Assembly (NCBI GenBank): GCA_002269645.1
Contig: NIVC01001256.1
Coordinates: 248,001-312,000, forward strand
Origin: Macrostomum lignano
Lineage: Eukaryota
Direction of reading: 5' to 3'
DNA: 64,000 nt
Shown here: piece after piece, positions 52,290 through 64,000 of the stretch
How positions within the stretch are numbered: position 1 is the stretch's first letter
Layout: the number at the start of each line of letters is the position of its first letter
Notes under the pieces: model-generated
The model's database searches: none
What the model was told of the DNA's origin: nothing
Seen by the model: the letters and a program-made list of their open reading frames with translations, nothing else
Translations under genes and position numbers: made by a program

Positions 52290-52965
52290 GCAGGAGGCAG
52301 GAAGAGGAAGGGGAAGGAAGGTAGGGGAAGAGGCAGGAAGGTAGGGGAAGAGGCAGGAAGGTAGGGGAAGAGGCAGGATGGTAGGGGAAGAGGCAGGATG
52401 GTAGGGGAAGGGGCAGGATGGTAGGGGAAGAGGCAGGATGGTAGGGGAAGAGGCAGGATGGTAGGGGAAGAGGCAGGATGGTAGGGGAAGAGGCAGGATG
52501 GTAGGGGAAGAGGCAGGATGGTAGGGGAAGGGCAGGATGGTAGGGAAGAGGCAGGATGGTAGGGGAAGGGGCAGGATGGTAGGGGAAGAGGCAGGATGGT
52601 AGGGGAAGGGGCAGGATGGTAGGGGAAGAGGCAGGATGGTAGGGGAAGGGGCAGGATGGTAGGGGAAGAGGCAGGATGGTAGGGGAAGGGGCAGGATGGT
52701 AGGGGAAGAGGCAGGATGGTAGGGGAAGGGGCAGGATGGTAGGGGAAGAGGCAGGATGGTAGGGGAAGAGGCAGGATGGTAGGGGAAGAGGCAGGATGGT
52801 AGGGGAAGAGGCAGGATGGTAGGGGAAGAGGCAGGATGGTAGGGGAAGGGGCAGGATGGTAGGGGAAGAGGCAGGATGGTAGGGGAAGGGGCAGGATGGT
52901 AGGGAAGGGGCAGGATGGTAGGGGAAGAGGCAGGATGGTAGGGGAAGGGGCAGGATGGTAGGGAG
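52290..52965. repeat. 20-bp G-rich minisatellite (ggcaggatggtaggggaaga), ~34 copies, intronic
   Basis: Tandem units in the GPCR intron. Confidence 0.96.
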
Positions 52966-52974
52966 ATGAAGGAG

Positions 52975-53095
52975 CGGGAATGGAGAGGAAGGGGCGGGAA
53001 TGGAGAGGAAGGGGCGGGAATGGAGAGGAAGGGGCGGGAATGGAGAGGAAGGGGCGGGAATGGAGAGGAAGGGGCGGGAATTGAGAGGAAAGGGC
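52975..53095. repeat. second 20-bp G-rich minisatellite (ggggcgggaatggagaggaa), ~6 copies
   Basis: Abuts the previous array and has a different unit. Confidence 0.9.
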
Positions 53096-53296
53096 AGGAA
53101 GGTCGGGGAAGTGCAGGAAGGGGGAGGAAGGCTGTCGGGAAAAGAAGGAGCGACCAGAAGAGACGTGAAATGGCAGTCTAGTTCGTATATGCATTTGTTT
53201 GCAATGCACCTTGACTAAAATGCGCCCAAGGACCACTAGGAACACTTCGTTATAGTCTAGTAGTCTAGTAGTCCTTGAATGCGCCCAGAAGGAAGT

Positions 53297-54073
53297 TCTA
53301 AAGGAATCTAAAGGAAGCTAAAGGAATCTAAAGGTATCTAAAGGAATCGAAAGGAATCTAAAGGAATCTAAAGGAATCGAAAGGAATCGAAAGGAATCTA
53401 TAGGAATCTAAAGGAATCTAAAAGAATCTAAAGGAATCTAAAGGAATCTAAAGGAATCTAAAGGAATCTAAAGGAATCTAAAGGAATCTAAAGAAATCTA
53501 AAGGTATCTAAAGGAATCGAAAGGAATCGAAAGGAATCTGAAGGAATCTAAAGGAATCTAAAGGAATCTAAAGGAGTCTAAAGGAATCTAAAGGAATCTA
53601 AAGGAATCTAAAGGAATCGAAAGGAATCGAAAGGAATCTAGAGGATTCTAAAGGAATATAAAGGAATCTAAAGGAATCTAAAGGAATCTATAGGAATCGA
53701 AAGGAATCTAAAAGAATCTTAAGGAATCTAAAGGAATCTAAAGGAATCTAAGGGTATCTAAAGGAATTTAAATGAATCTTAAGGAATCTAAAGGAATCTA
53801 AAGGAATCTAAATGAATCTTAAGGAGTCGAAAGGAATCTAAAGGAATCTAAAGGAATCTAAATGAATCTAAAGGAATCTAAAGGAATCTAAAGGAATCGA
53901 AAGGAATCTAAAGGAATCGAAAGGAATCGAAAGGAATCGAAAGGAATCTAAAGGAATCTAAAGGAATCTAAAGGAAGCTAAAGGAATCTAAAGGAATCTA
54001 AAGGAATCGAAAGGAATCGAAAGGAATCTAAAGGAATCTAAAGGAATCTAAAGGAATCTAAAGGAAGCTAAAG
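53297..54073. repeat. 10-bp minisatellite (aaggaatcta), ~78 copies, intronic
   Basis: Tandem units with single-base variants. Confidence 0.97.
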
Positions 54074-55005
54074 GTTCTGCAGTCTCGCTCGTAGAGTGTC
54101 ATAAAAAGCGCAGGTGCGTCCCGACTAACATGCAGTAGCTTGACACTTAGCGTGTGTGCGCTCTCATTTTTAGTGGAGTTAAGAGCTGTTGCAGCCTGCC
54201 CTGGGGGGAATTCAGAGGGAGAAGGGAAGGGGAGAGGTGAGGAGAGGCATTAGGAGGAAGCAGCTGCGTCAAACAGCAGTTTAGCTGTGGGGACTCAACA
54301 TTTCGCCTGGGGGATTCTGTTCTTGTCCTTGATCTGTCTGCCGCGCGGTGATTCGTGAGCTGTCAAAGGAAGTCCGTTGAGTCGAACTGGCCTGGCTGAT
54401 AGCGATATAGATCTATAATTAATTTGCCTCTCAGCACAGGACAGGCAGCCAGTAAGGCTTTACTAGAAAATAAAATCCCTCAAACGAAAGCCAAGTGCCG
54501 CTGGAATACTCAGTCACGTGCGAATAGGGAAGCTGAGATTCAGCTCCCGCCAAATCGTCTTGATCAAATTGCCTACTCGAATTTCGTCGAAACGAGGACT
54601 GTATTAATCTGGGGGTTCGGAGCTTTGGGATTTGTCTTGCCCATTCTTCTATCCGACAGGAATACTGATGGCCGCTCCCTCTCTTGGCCCCCATTGCTGC
54701 GGCCCGCGATGTAGAGACCTCATCGATGATGCTATCAGAGAGGCAGCTAGCGAGGGCTCACGTGAGCACAAATAGTAATTTTACCCGCGAGTGCCATCAA
54801 ACACTGTTTAGTGTGCCTGACTGCTGGAATCCAGCTGAGTCCCCTCGCGCTACATTGCTCAAAGACATCGGATACTCGAATGCGGATTAGCGTACTCAGC
54901 TCAGAGAGGCTGCTTCCCGAACAACTGACAAAAGTTACATCGGGTCTGTGTTGCAGAGAAAAAATACATTTAGACAGAAACATATCGAAGAAGCGCCCTC
55001 GTTAG

Positions 55006-55938
55006 GGTTGTCAGAGAGGGAGTTGTCAGAGAGAGGGTTGTCAGAGAGGGAGTTGTCAGAGAGAGGGTTGTCAGAGAGGGAGTTGTCAGAGAGAGGGTTG
55101 TCAGAGAGGGAGTTGTCAGAGAGAGGGTTGTCAGAGAGGGAGTTGTCAGAGAGAGGGTTGTCAGAGAGGGACTTGTCAGAGAGGAAGTTGTCAGAGAGAG
55201 GGTTGTCAGAGAGGGACTTGTCAGATAGGGAGTTGTCAGAGAGAGGGTTGTCAGAGAGGGAATTGTCAGAGAGGGAGCTGTCAGAGGGAGTTCTCAGAGA
55301 GGGAGTTGTCAGAGAGGGAGTCGTCAGAGAGAGAGAGGGAGTTGTCAGAGAGGAAATTGTCAGAGATGGGACTTTTCCGATAGGGAGTTGTCAGATAGGG
55401 AGTTGTCAGAGAGGAAGTTGTCAGAGATGGGACTTTTCCGATAGGGAGTTGTCAGATAGGGAGTTGTCAGAGAGGGAGTTGTCAGATAGGGAGTTGTCAC
55501 AGAGGGAGTTGTCAGAGAGGGAGTTGTCAGATAGGGAGTTGTCACAGAGGGAGTTGTCAGAGAGGGAGTTGTCACAGAGGGAGTTGTCAGAGAGGGATTT
55601 GTCTGAGAGGGATTTGTCAGAGAGGGAGTTGTCAGATAGGGAGTTGTCAGATAGGGAGTTGTCACAGAGGGAGTTGTCAGAGAGGGATTTGTCTGAGAGG
55701 GATTTGTCAGAGAGGGAGCTGTCAAAGGGAGTTGTCAGAGAGGAGGGAGTTGTCAGAGAGAGGGTTGTCAGAGAGGGAGCTGTCAGAGAGGGAGTTGTCA
55801 GAGAGGGAGCTGTCAGAGAGGGAGTTGTCAGAGAGGGAGCTGTCAGAGAGGGATTTGTCAGAGAGGGAGCTGTCAGAGATATTTGTCAGAGAGGGATTTG
55901 TCAGAGAGGGAGCTGTCAGAGGGAGTTGTCAGAGAGGG
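55006..55938. repeat. 15-bp minisatellite (gtcagagagggagtt), ~62 copies, intronic
   Basis: Ends ~52 nt before the acceptor at 55990. It produces the ERELS pseudo-ORF. Confidence 0.96.
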
Positions 55939-55990
55939 TTACCCTAGTTGACCTCAGCTCACCGCCCCAGGCCGGCCCAACCGATTCCAG

Positions 55991-57522
55991 GCGTGGCCAT
56001 CATCTCAAACGTGTTCTCCCTGGTTGCCATGGCGATTCTACGCGCCAGGAGTTTCCGCCGTCAGGAGCCGGTGAAGCAGCGGCTCTGGCAGGGCCGGCGA
56101 CTCGTCCTGCTGCTTCTGCTGGTGTGGGGCGGCGCTGCCGCTCTCGCCTCGCCGAACATCTTCATCCGGTCCACCGTGACCTTCGGCGTGCAGAGCATGC
56201 AGGAGTTCATGCAGGGCCGCAACCGCGGCGGCGGCGGTGAGGCTCTCAACGCTACTGGCAGTCCCAGCGACGCGCCCGAAGACCAGCAGTGCGGCGAAAT
56301 CTGCGTCACATTCTGCGACGAGTACTGGGGTGAAAACCCGTGGGCGAGGCGGCTGTACTCCGTGCTGCTGCTGCTGCTGGTATTCTGCATGCCCTGCGCC
56401 GTCATCTCAGCTTGCTACTGCTTCATCACCGCTAGCATCGCGGCGCTGGCCCGCCTGCTCAGCCAGTCGGAGCAGCAGCCTGACGGTGAGGAGCTTCAGC
56501 TGTGGCGGCTGCAGCGGCATCAGCAGCGTCCACCGACGCCCCAGCATCCGGCGCCGCCGAGTCCGAATCTGCTTCATCCAAACAGGTGTCTCATGCTCAA
56601 CCTGAGCCAGCATCAGCACCAGCGTCATCGTCAATCTTTGCAGTTCTCCAGCAGCGCTCCGGTCAGCCCGACAACTGGCGGTGGCGGTGGAAGCGACGCC
56701 GTCGGTCCCAGCAGCCCCGTGGGTGCGGAGGGCCCTGGCGGCGGCAACGTAGGCGGGCTCAGCCGCTTCCACAGCCACGACCGCTTGAACCCGTGCGTAT
56801 CCTCCTACACGGACCAGATCCAGGCGAGCGAGTCTCACAGCAGCGTGCCCTCTCAGTACCAGGCCAGCGTCGCGCACCAGTCCACGAAGCGCGCCGTGCA
56901 GACGCTGGTGCTCCTTGTCGCCTGCTTCGTTATCTGCTGGCTGCCGGTGAATCTCGTCGGAGTCTGGATCGACTTCTCCTCTGCTGGCGGCGGTCACCAG
57001 CGCCGCGATCCGAGGCCGCCGTTCCGGGGCGGGCTGCAGCTGGTGGCCGGGCGGCCGGAGGTCATGCGACCGCTGGAGGAGAGCATCTACAGCGTGGCGC
57101 TATTTCTCGGCCACCTGCACAGCGCGGTGTCGCCTATTTGCTACTGGTGCCTCAACAAGAGCTTTCGGCGCCACCTGAGCGCCCTGGCCTCGCGCATGTG
57201 CTGCCGGGTATTCAGGCGGTCCGGCAATCGGCAGGACGAGCAGCGCCGAGGAAGAGGCGGCGGCGCTGGAGTCGGCGGAGGCGGCGGAGCTCGTGGGGGC
57301 AGAGGAGACGCTTGCGGCGGCGGCGGAGGCGGCGGAGGCGGCGGCGGCAGGGCGGAGGGAGCCTGCGCAGTTCCGCTCGTGATCCCTGACGACGCGCCGG
57401 ACGGACGAACCACAGCGGCGGTGGCGGCCGCTGTTGCCGCCGGCGGGTACATCGGCAGCCGGTCCTCGGACACGGAGTCGGCCAGAGTTCTCGCTGGAAA
57501 ATTGCGCCTGATTGGCCTGTGA
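55991..57522 (+). CDS. class A (rhodopsin-like) peptide-type GPCR terminal exon: TM3-TM7, long ICL3 and C-tail
   Basis: gattccag|GC GTG joins in phase 1. TM4 LVWGGAAALASP, ECL2 CGEICVTFCDEYW, TM5 FCMPCAVISACY, TM6 KRAVQTLVLLVACFVICWLP, TM7/H8 LGHLHSAVSPICYWCLNKSFRR. About 618 aa from the ATG at 51761. Confidence 0.9.
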
Positions 57523-57817
57523 TCTGGGTGAAACTGCGCCTGATTGGCCTGTGATCTGGGTGAAACTGCGCCTGATTGGCCTGTGATCTGGGTGAAACTG
57601 CGCCTGATTGGCCTGTGATATGGGTGAAACTGCGCCTGATTGGCCTGTGATCTGGGTGAAACTGCGCCTGATTGGCCTGTGATCTGGGTGAAACTGCGCC
57701 TGATTGGCCTGTGATATGGGTGAAACTGCGCCTGATTGGCCTGTGATCTGGGTGAAACTGCGCCTGATTGGCCTGTGATATGGGTGAAACTGCGCCTGAT
57801 TGGCCTGTGATCTGGGT
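57498..57817. repeat. 32-bp minisatellite, ~10 copies; first unit contains the GPCR stop codon
   Basis: Unit aaactgcgcctgattggcctgtgatctgggtg. The first copy encodes KLRLIGL*. Confidence 0.95.
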
Positions 57818-58287
57818 GTTTCAGTTGCTCAAAGCTTCACAAACTCGAAACTGTCAAGCTGAGAGCTTCTGAAAATTTTGAGTTAGTGAGGCGCACAGTC
57901 AGTGACTATCCGGGAATACCCGGGGAATAAAGCCGTGGGAATTCAACTATCCAGTCCTGGTGTTGCGGCTAGTTGTCAGGCATAGAGATTAGAAATGAAT
58001 ATCACTACATAACTATTCGTGTTCTGCATGGATTCAAGTAAAGCATACCGCTTTTTTAATGCAATCGTATGTTCTCTGATAATTTGATCGTGACTTGGAG
58101 AAACTGCGAGTCTAAACTTCCTTTGATGAGTTCTTGGAAATGAGTTCTGAAAAGTGAAAGCCCTTTTTATCGCATAAATTGCTTTTATTGTTCATTTTTG
58201 TCACTTCGTTAAGATTTTGCTGAAGGTGGAATCTATTTGCAGAAATGAGTTCAAGTAATGAACTTCTGTCATTGATGTTTGTTTAAA

Positions 58288-58744
58288 TAGGGGTCGGCGA
58301 ACTTCGACCCGCGGGCCACATGCGGCCTTCAAAGCCTCTCTACCCTCTCCTCTCTCTCCCTTCTCTTCTCTTCTCTCCTCTCTCCGCTCTCCTTTCTCCT
58401 CTCTCTCTCCCCTCTGTCCCCTCTCTTCCCTTTTCTCCTCTTCTCACATCTCTCTCCCCCCTCTCTTCTTCTCTTCTCTTCTCTTCTCCTCTCTCCCCTC
58501 TTCGCTCTCCCCCCTCTATCTCTCCTATCCTCTTCTCTTTTCTCCCCTCTCTCCTCTCCACTCTCCCCCTCTCTCCTCTCTCCTCTCTCCTCTTCTCTCC
58601 TCTCTCCGCTTTCTTCTCTCCCCTCTCTCCTCTCTTCTCTCATCTCTTATCTTTGTTCCCTCTCCTTTTCACTCTCATCTGGCCCGCAGCCATGAGCTGC
58701 ATTCTCTATCTGGCCATTGAGGTAAGAAAGTTTGCCAACCCCTG
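58288..58744. mobile_element. non-autonomous hAT (Buster/Charlie-type) MITE, ~457 bp, with an internal CT-rich expansion
   Basis: 17-bp imperfect TIRs taggggtcggcgaactt / aagtttgccaacccctg (14/17). Subterminal cgacccgcgggccacatgcggcc is typical of Charlie/Buster MITEs. Both flanks contain gtttaa (TA-centred, degenerate TSD). Confidence 0.75.
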
Positions 58745-59061
58745 GTTTAAGCTGAGCTCGTCTGTTAGCCCGACAAGAAACTCGCATGCTCGTCTTCGTG
58801 AGGTTTCAGATTTTTTTACATTGAAATCAACAAAATCCTTGCCCCTGTCATAACTATTTCCTGTTGTGTGCTCTGTTTGTCTGCTCCAAAGAAACCGCTT
58901 TTGGCTTAGAATTTTTTTCACCTTAATCCTCTCTTGTGTTTGCACTTTTAACTGTCTGGTTAATTTTGAAGAAAAATACAGAAATATTAAATCGAACTGA
59001 TCCCCAAGTTGAAAAGCTCGAATCCGCTTTCATAAATATCTGACTCGCCATAAGCCACTAA

Positions 59062-60162
59062 GACACGTCAGGAGCCTTCATGATAGCTAATAGTCTTTAG
59101 GATGCGAAGTAAACACACGTCAGGAGCCTTCATGATAGCTAATAGTCTTTAGGATGCGAAGTAAACACACGTCAGGAGCCTTCATAGCTCATAATGATAG
59201 CTAATAGTCTTTAGGATGCGAAGTAAACACACGTCAGGAGCCTTCATCATGATAGCTAATAGTCTTTAGGATGCGAAGTAAACACACGTCAGGAGCCTTC
59301 ATGATAGCTAATAGTCTTTAGGATGCGAAGTAAACACACGTCAGGAGCCTTCATGATAGCTAATAGTCTTTAGGATGCGAAGTAAACACACGTCAGGAGC
59401 CTTCATAGCTCATAATGATAGCTAATAGTCTTTAGGATGCGAAGTAAACACACGTCAGGAGCCTTCATCATGATAGCTAATAGTCTTTAGGATGCGAAGT
59501 AAACACACGTCAGGAGCCTTCATCATGATAGCTAATAGTCTTTAGGATGCGAAGTAAACACACGTCAGGAGCCTTCATGATAGCTAATAGTCTTTAGGAT
59601 GCGAAGTAAACACACGTCAGGAGCCTTCATGATAGCTAATAGTCTAGGATGCGAAGTAAACACACGTCAGGAGCCTTCATGATAGCTAATAGTCTTTAGG
59701 ATGCGAAGTAAACACACGTCAGGAGCCTTCATGATAACTAATAGTCTTTAGGATGCGAAGTAAACACACGTCAGGAGCCTTCATGATAGCTAATAGTCTT
59801 TAGGATGCGAAGTAAACACACGTCAGGAGCCTTCATAGCTCATAATGATAGCTAATAGTCTTTAGGATGCGAAGTAAACACACGTCAGGAGCCTTCATCA
59901 TGATAGCTAATAGTCTTTAGGATGCGAAGTAAACACACGTCAGGAGCCTTCATGATAGCTAATAGTCTTTAGGATGCGAAGTAAACACACGTCAGGAGCC
60001 TTCATCATGATAGCTAATAGTCTTTAGGATGCGAAGTAAACACACGTCAGGAGCCTTCATGATAGCTAATAGTCTTTAGGATGCGAAGTAAACACACGTC
60101 AGGAGCCTTCATCATGATAGCTAATAGTCTTTAGGATGCGAAGTAAACACACGCCAGGAGCC
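59062..60162. repeat. 52-bp minisatellite, ~20 copies, with +3 and +10 insertion variants
   Basis: Unit cacacgtcaggagccttcatgatagctaatagtctttaggatgcgaagtaaa. Confidence 0.96.
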
Positions 60163-61301
60163 TTTGCGTCACGCGAGTATGTTTTTATCCAAAGTAGTTT
60201 GTGTAGAAGAAGTGCATCATATTCTCAGCGCATCTGCAATGATATGCATGACTGAGGCACAGGCCTTCCCTTTATTAATATGAAGCCCCAGATCATTTAC
60301 ATCAGAGATGTAAAAGTGATCGCGAACTGATTGAGACTTGCATGTAGGCTGGATGTTGGAGCAAGTACGAAATGCATTAGGAGAGGCTGAGGTCTGCGCT
60401 TCAGATGGGATCGAACGATGCAGAGTCTCAAAACCAGATTGATTAGTTCTGACCAGTAGCCATTTTGTTCCTAACGGAATTCAATCTGTTAGGATACACC
60501 TCAACCTGCAGCTGAGTACAGAAGCTTGTCCGCGCCAACAGCCAGACATTTGGGGCGTGGCTGGAGAGGCCGGCCGGCCATTCGCGAGTTTCAACTGCGC
60601 GTAGGTGGGCAAAAATAGCCGAGCAGATTCGATGGGAGTGGCTCACATGGAATGAGACTGAATAAATTCGGCTGCTGAACAGCAGACAGTGGCCCTGAAA
60701 ACTGACATAAATCGGCGAATAGGGGGTAAACCATAATTAATGATCAAAGGCACATAATCAAGGAATGACCTGAAGGAACTAACTGAATGATCAGAGGAAA
60801 CTGTGCTCAACAACAAAACAACTAGAAACTATTACTGTAGTTTCGCGGAAGCAGAATGGCCCACCTGATATTTCCTGCGCAGTGCACCGCCGGTCCGACA
60901 GGGAGAAAGTGGCCAAACTGTGCGCTTTTGGCTCTGATCGAATCGCCAATTAGGGAAGCGCAATTAGCGGCGCGACAGCAGGAGAGTCTTTATGGGGAAT
61001 AGCAGGGGCGGTTCCGCAGCGCAAAGCAGCTTCCTTTGCAGCTTCGCTTACTGCCGCGATTTAAAAATAGGCTCTGTGTACTGACGCCATGTAGTTTTGG
61101 AAAAGCGCTCGAGTAAAAGATCTGGGGGCAATCTAACAGACAGGTTGCTCTTCTCAAAGAGAATCTGAGCACAAAAGTTGTCGTCCTTGGTCTGTCCAGG
61201 GGTCTCAGGCTTCACCTGAACAAATAGGCACTCTATAGGCCAAGGCGTCCAAAATAGCAAAAAAATTTTGCTTGTTGCGATTTTAGTTCAACGCAAAGAA
61301 A

Positions 61302-62112
61302 CTCCCGATCCGCTCCAGAGAGTCACTCCCGATCCGCTCCAGAGAGTCACTCCCGATCCGCTCCAGAGAGTCACTCCCGATCCGCTTCATAAAATCACTC
61401 CCGATCCGCTCCAGAGAGTCACTCCCGATCCGCCCCATAAAATCACTCCCGATCCGCTCCACAGAGTCACTCCCGATCCACCCCATAAAATCACTCCCGA
61501 TCCGCTCCAGAGAGTCACTCCCGATCCGCCCCATAAAATCACTCCCGATCCGCTCCACAGAGTCACTCCCGATCCGCTTCATAAAATCACTCCCGATCCG
61601 CTCCAGAGAGTCACTCCCGATCAGCTCCAGAGAGTCACTCCCGATCCGCTCCAGAGAGTCACTCCCGATCCGCTTCATAAAATCACTCCCGATCCGCTCC
61701 AGAGAGTCACTCCCGATCCGCCCCATAAAATCACTCCCGATCCGCTCCACAGAGTCACTCCCGATCCACCCCATAAAATCACTCCCGATCCACTCCAGAG
61801 TCACTCCCGATCCACTCCAGAGTCACTCCCGATCCACTCCAGAGTCACTCCCGATCCACTCCAGAGTCACTCCCGATCCACTCCAGAGTCACTCCTGATC
61901 CACTCCAGAGTCACTCCCGATCCACTCCAGAGTCACTCCCGATCCACTCCAGAGTCACTCCCGATCCACTCCAGGGAGTCACTCCCGATCCACTCCAGAG
62001 TCACTCCCGATCCACTCCAGAGTCACTCCTGATCCACTCCAGAGTCACTCCCGATCCACTCCAGAGAGTCACTCCCGATCCACTCCAGCGAGTCACTCCC
62101 GATCCGCTCCAG
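61302..62112. repeat. 24-bp minisatellite switching to a 22-bp unit at ~61790
   Basis: actcccgatccgctccagagagtc (alternating with ...cataaaatc), then actcccgatccactccagagtc. Confidence 0.94.
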
Positions 62113-64000
62113 AAATTCGAATCCCGATCCCTCCCGATCCCTTCTCTCGATCCCAGACAATAGCGAATCTGATCCTACCATAGCATAGCGCACAAAAATG
62201 AGAATCGCAACAGATGGAACCGGATTTTTAAGTGAAACAATTGGAGTAGGAAAGTCGACTGGGTCCTGTAAACTTCAAACTGCAACTTATCGGATTTCTC
62301 CAATTACCAAATCCACAGCCGCGGAAGCTTGGAACATAAAGCCCAACCAAATGCTTCTTTTTATATCCAGTTTAGCGTCGTCAATGGGAATAGTTGGATC
62401 CGGATTAGGGAACGGGATTATGTCTTACTTTGAATTCCCCTCAGATGACAGCCAGATTACTTCGCTTGTCCAGTCCACTTTCAGCTGATTGCAGAGAAGA
62501 AAATTGTTTTGCATCTTCAGCAGTCAACACACGGCTGTGCTTGCCGGCTTGCACTTACACAAGGAGTTCTACATGCAGCATCAGGATAGGAAATTGACTG
62601 CAGTAAATTGATTAGCGCACAAATTATAGCCGGTCTCAAAGCATGCGTGGTTGGATTTGCAAGAATTTAGTTTGCGCTTTCTTTGAAAGCAGATATTTAT
62701 TTTTATTAGAGGCAGGGGCTACGTGCACCCTAGCGCACTTCAAGCGACATTGTCACACGTTCCGCGGACTCCCCTGAGCAGGCACACAAGCGTGCGGATA
62801 CGCGGATACAAGCACAAGCACACACAAGAGTGTGCAGCGGCCATAACTTAGCATGTACACAGTTGCACTTCACTTTGCCTTGGGGGTTGGCCCTCCAAGC
62901 CGCTAATTGCACGAGCAGAGCCCAGGCCGAGATTCCAATTTAGCCCCAAATCAACGACTGCACTTGGAATCGAGCCTGGGCCGTTGGAGCGCCAGGCTTA
63001 TTTATGCGGATTTTTCGGTTTCCAATCCAAATAGGCTGCTCCAGAGCTCCCTGACTTACTCATCAGCCGGGAACTAGGGTTCGGGAAGAAGGGACCCGTC
63101 ACACAACGAAAGGGGAGTCGCAGGCGCACCGGGGAGGAAATTAACTTATTTGGCCCGGCCACCTGGCAGCAGCTGGCAGGGCACAGCCGGCTGCGTCAGA
63201 GGCTGAGTAAGAGAGAAGAACTGCATCAGAGACGCAAAAAGCTTCTTAAAGAGACAGTGAAACCTTGAAATTAATCAAAAAATACACCCAGAAAGCTGCA
63301 CTATTTAGGATTCATTTTCCTAAGAGGCGAGGCAAGGCAGCGACGCGCAATTATAAATTTCGAATTCCAATCTATTTATTTAGTTATAAGCAGCAAAGAA
63401 CAATTCTGACAGACAAGAGTGAGACAATATTGCTACTACTAAATATGTTACAGAACTTCTTCTCTATAGAAATATTTTGGTGCATAGCTCGTAGTGAAAC
63501 GTCCAATAAGTAAATATGATTCTAACTGCACTACTGCTACGAGTAGTAGGACAGTTCGAGGGTCCATTAACTAAATGAAACACTGTAATTTAATAAAGTG
63601 AAGGGCTAATATTCACAGAGACCCAAACCCCCTGGGGTGAACATCTTTGGCCCAGGTCTCAGAAATACATTTAAAACACTGATGGGCCCACAGATACTAA
63701 AATAACAGGATATATCACTCGCAAAAGTGCGATCATTTACAATATATATATATATATATATATGTTTTTTGAAGCTGCAACAGTCGCCACTGGCTTTCTA
63801 CAATCAGACACGTTAAACTGGGATATTCATCCTGTTTTGCCGACTCTAGACTGAAGATTACAGAAGAACTTGAAAAAAACCTAATCCAGTGCGTGCATAG
63901 CGAGCAATCGAGAAAAGTGGTAGCGCCCCAGCCAGGCCGATAATGTTTGGCTTTCCTCTTGCCGGCTTGCGCCTGACTTTGACCTCTTTCCTTACTGCTC

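Noticed and set aside
54948-56240. 430-aa ERELS-repeat ORF
   Set aside because: 15-bp intronic array reading into the GPCR exon in the wrong frame.
61268-62032. 254-aa TPDPLQRV-repeat ORF
   Set aside because: TTG start, wholly composed of the 24/22-bp array, with no signal peptide or splice support.
60180-62490. Faint reverse-transcriptase-like words on the minus strand (DLGLHINKGK near 60290; DIKRSI near 62370)
   Set aside because: Too short, interrupted by stops, and lacking the YADD or other core RT motifs.

Overview
Eukaryotic (metazoan) genomic DNA. GC-rich, poly-Ala/Gly/Gln-rich exons are separated by GT-AG introns and spacers packed with about 35 unrelated tandem-repeat arrays, roughly 28-29 kb or about 45% of the window by my tally. 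The style resembles Macrostomum-type flatworm genomes (inference only). Four spliced genes can be reconstructed by hand. (1) A KIF26/VAB-8 (kinesin-11) gene on the minus strand, incomplete in this window (exons 8253-~8478, 4910-5128, 2952-3045). (2) A 2-exon, 455-aa secreted protein on the plus strand (18686-20265): signal peptide, RGKR site, 16 CxxC repeats, and a C-terminal F-type-lectin-like domain. (3) A 3-exon, 545-aa FNDC4/FNDC5 (irisin precursor)-like type I membrane protein on the minus strand (45736-39410) that the ORF track splits into unrelated pieces. (4) A class A peptide-type GPCR on the plus strand (~51761-57522) with non-canonical D2.50, DRY and NPxxY motifs. A ~457-bp hAT (Buster/Charlie-type) MITE lies at 58288-58744. 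Most long ORFs in the supplied track are translations of tandem repeats. I found no rRNA, tRNA or CRISPR array. All family assignments come from motif recognition from memory, not from database searches.
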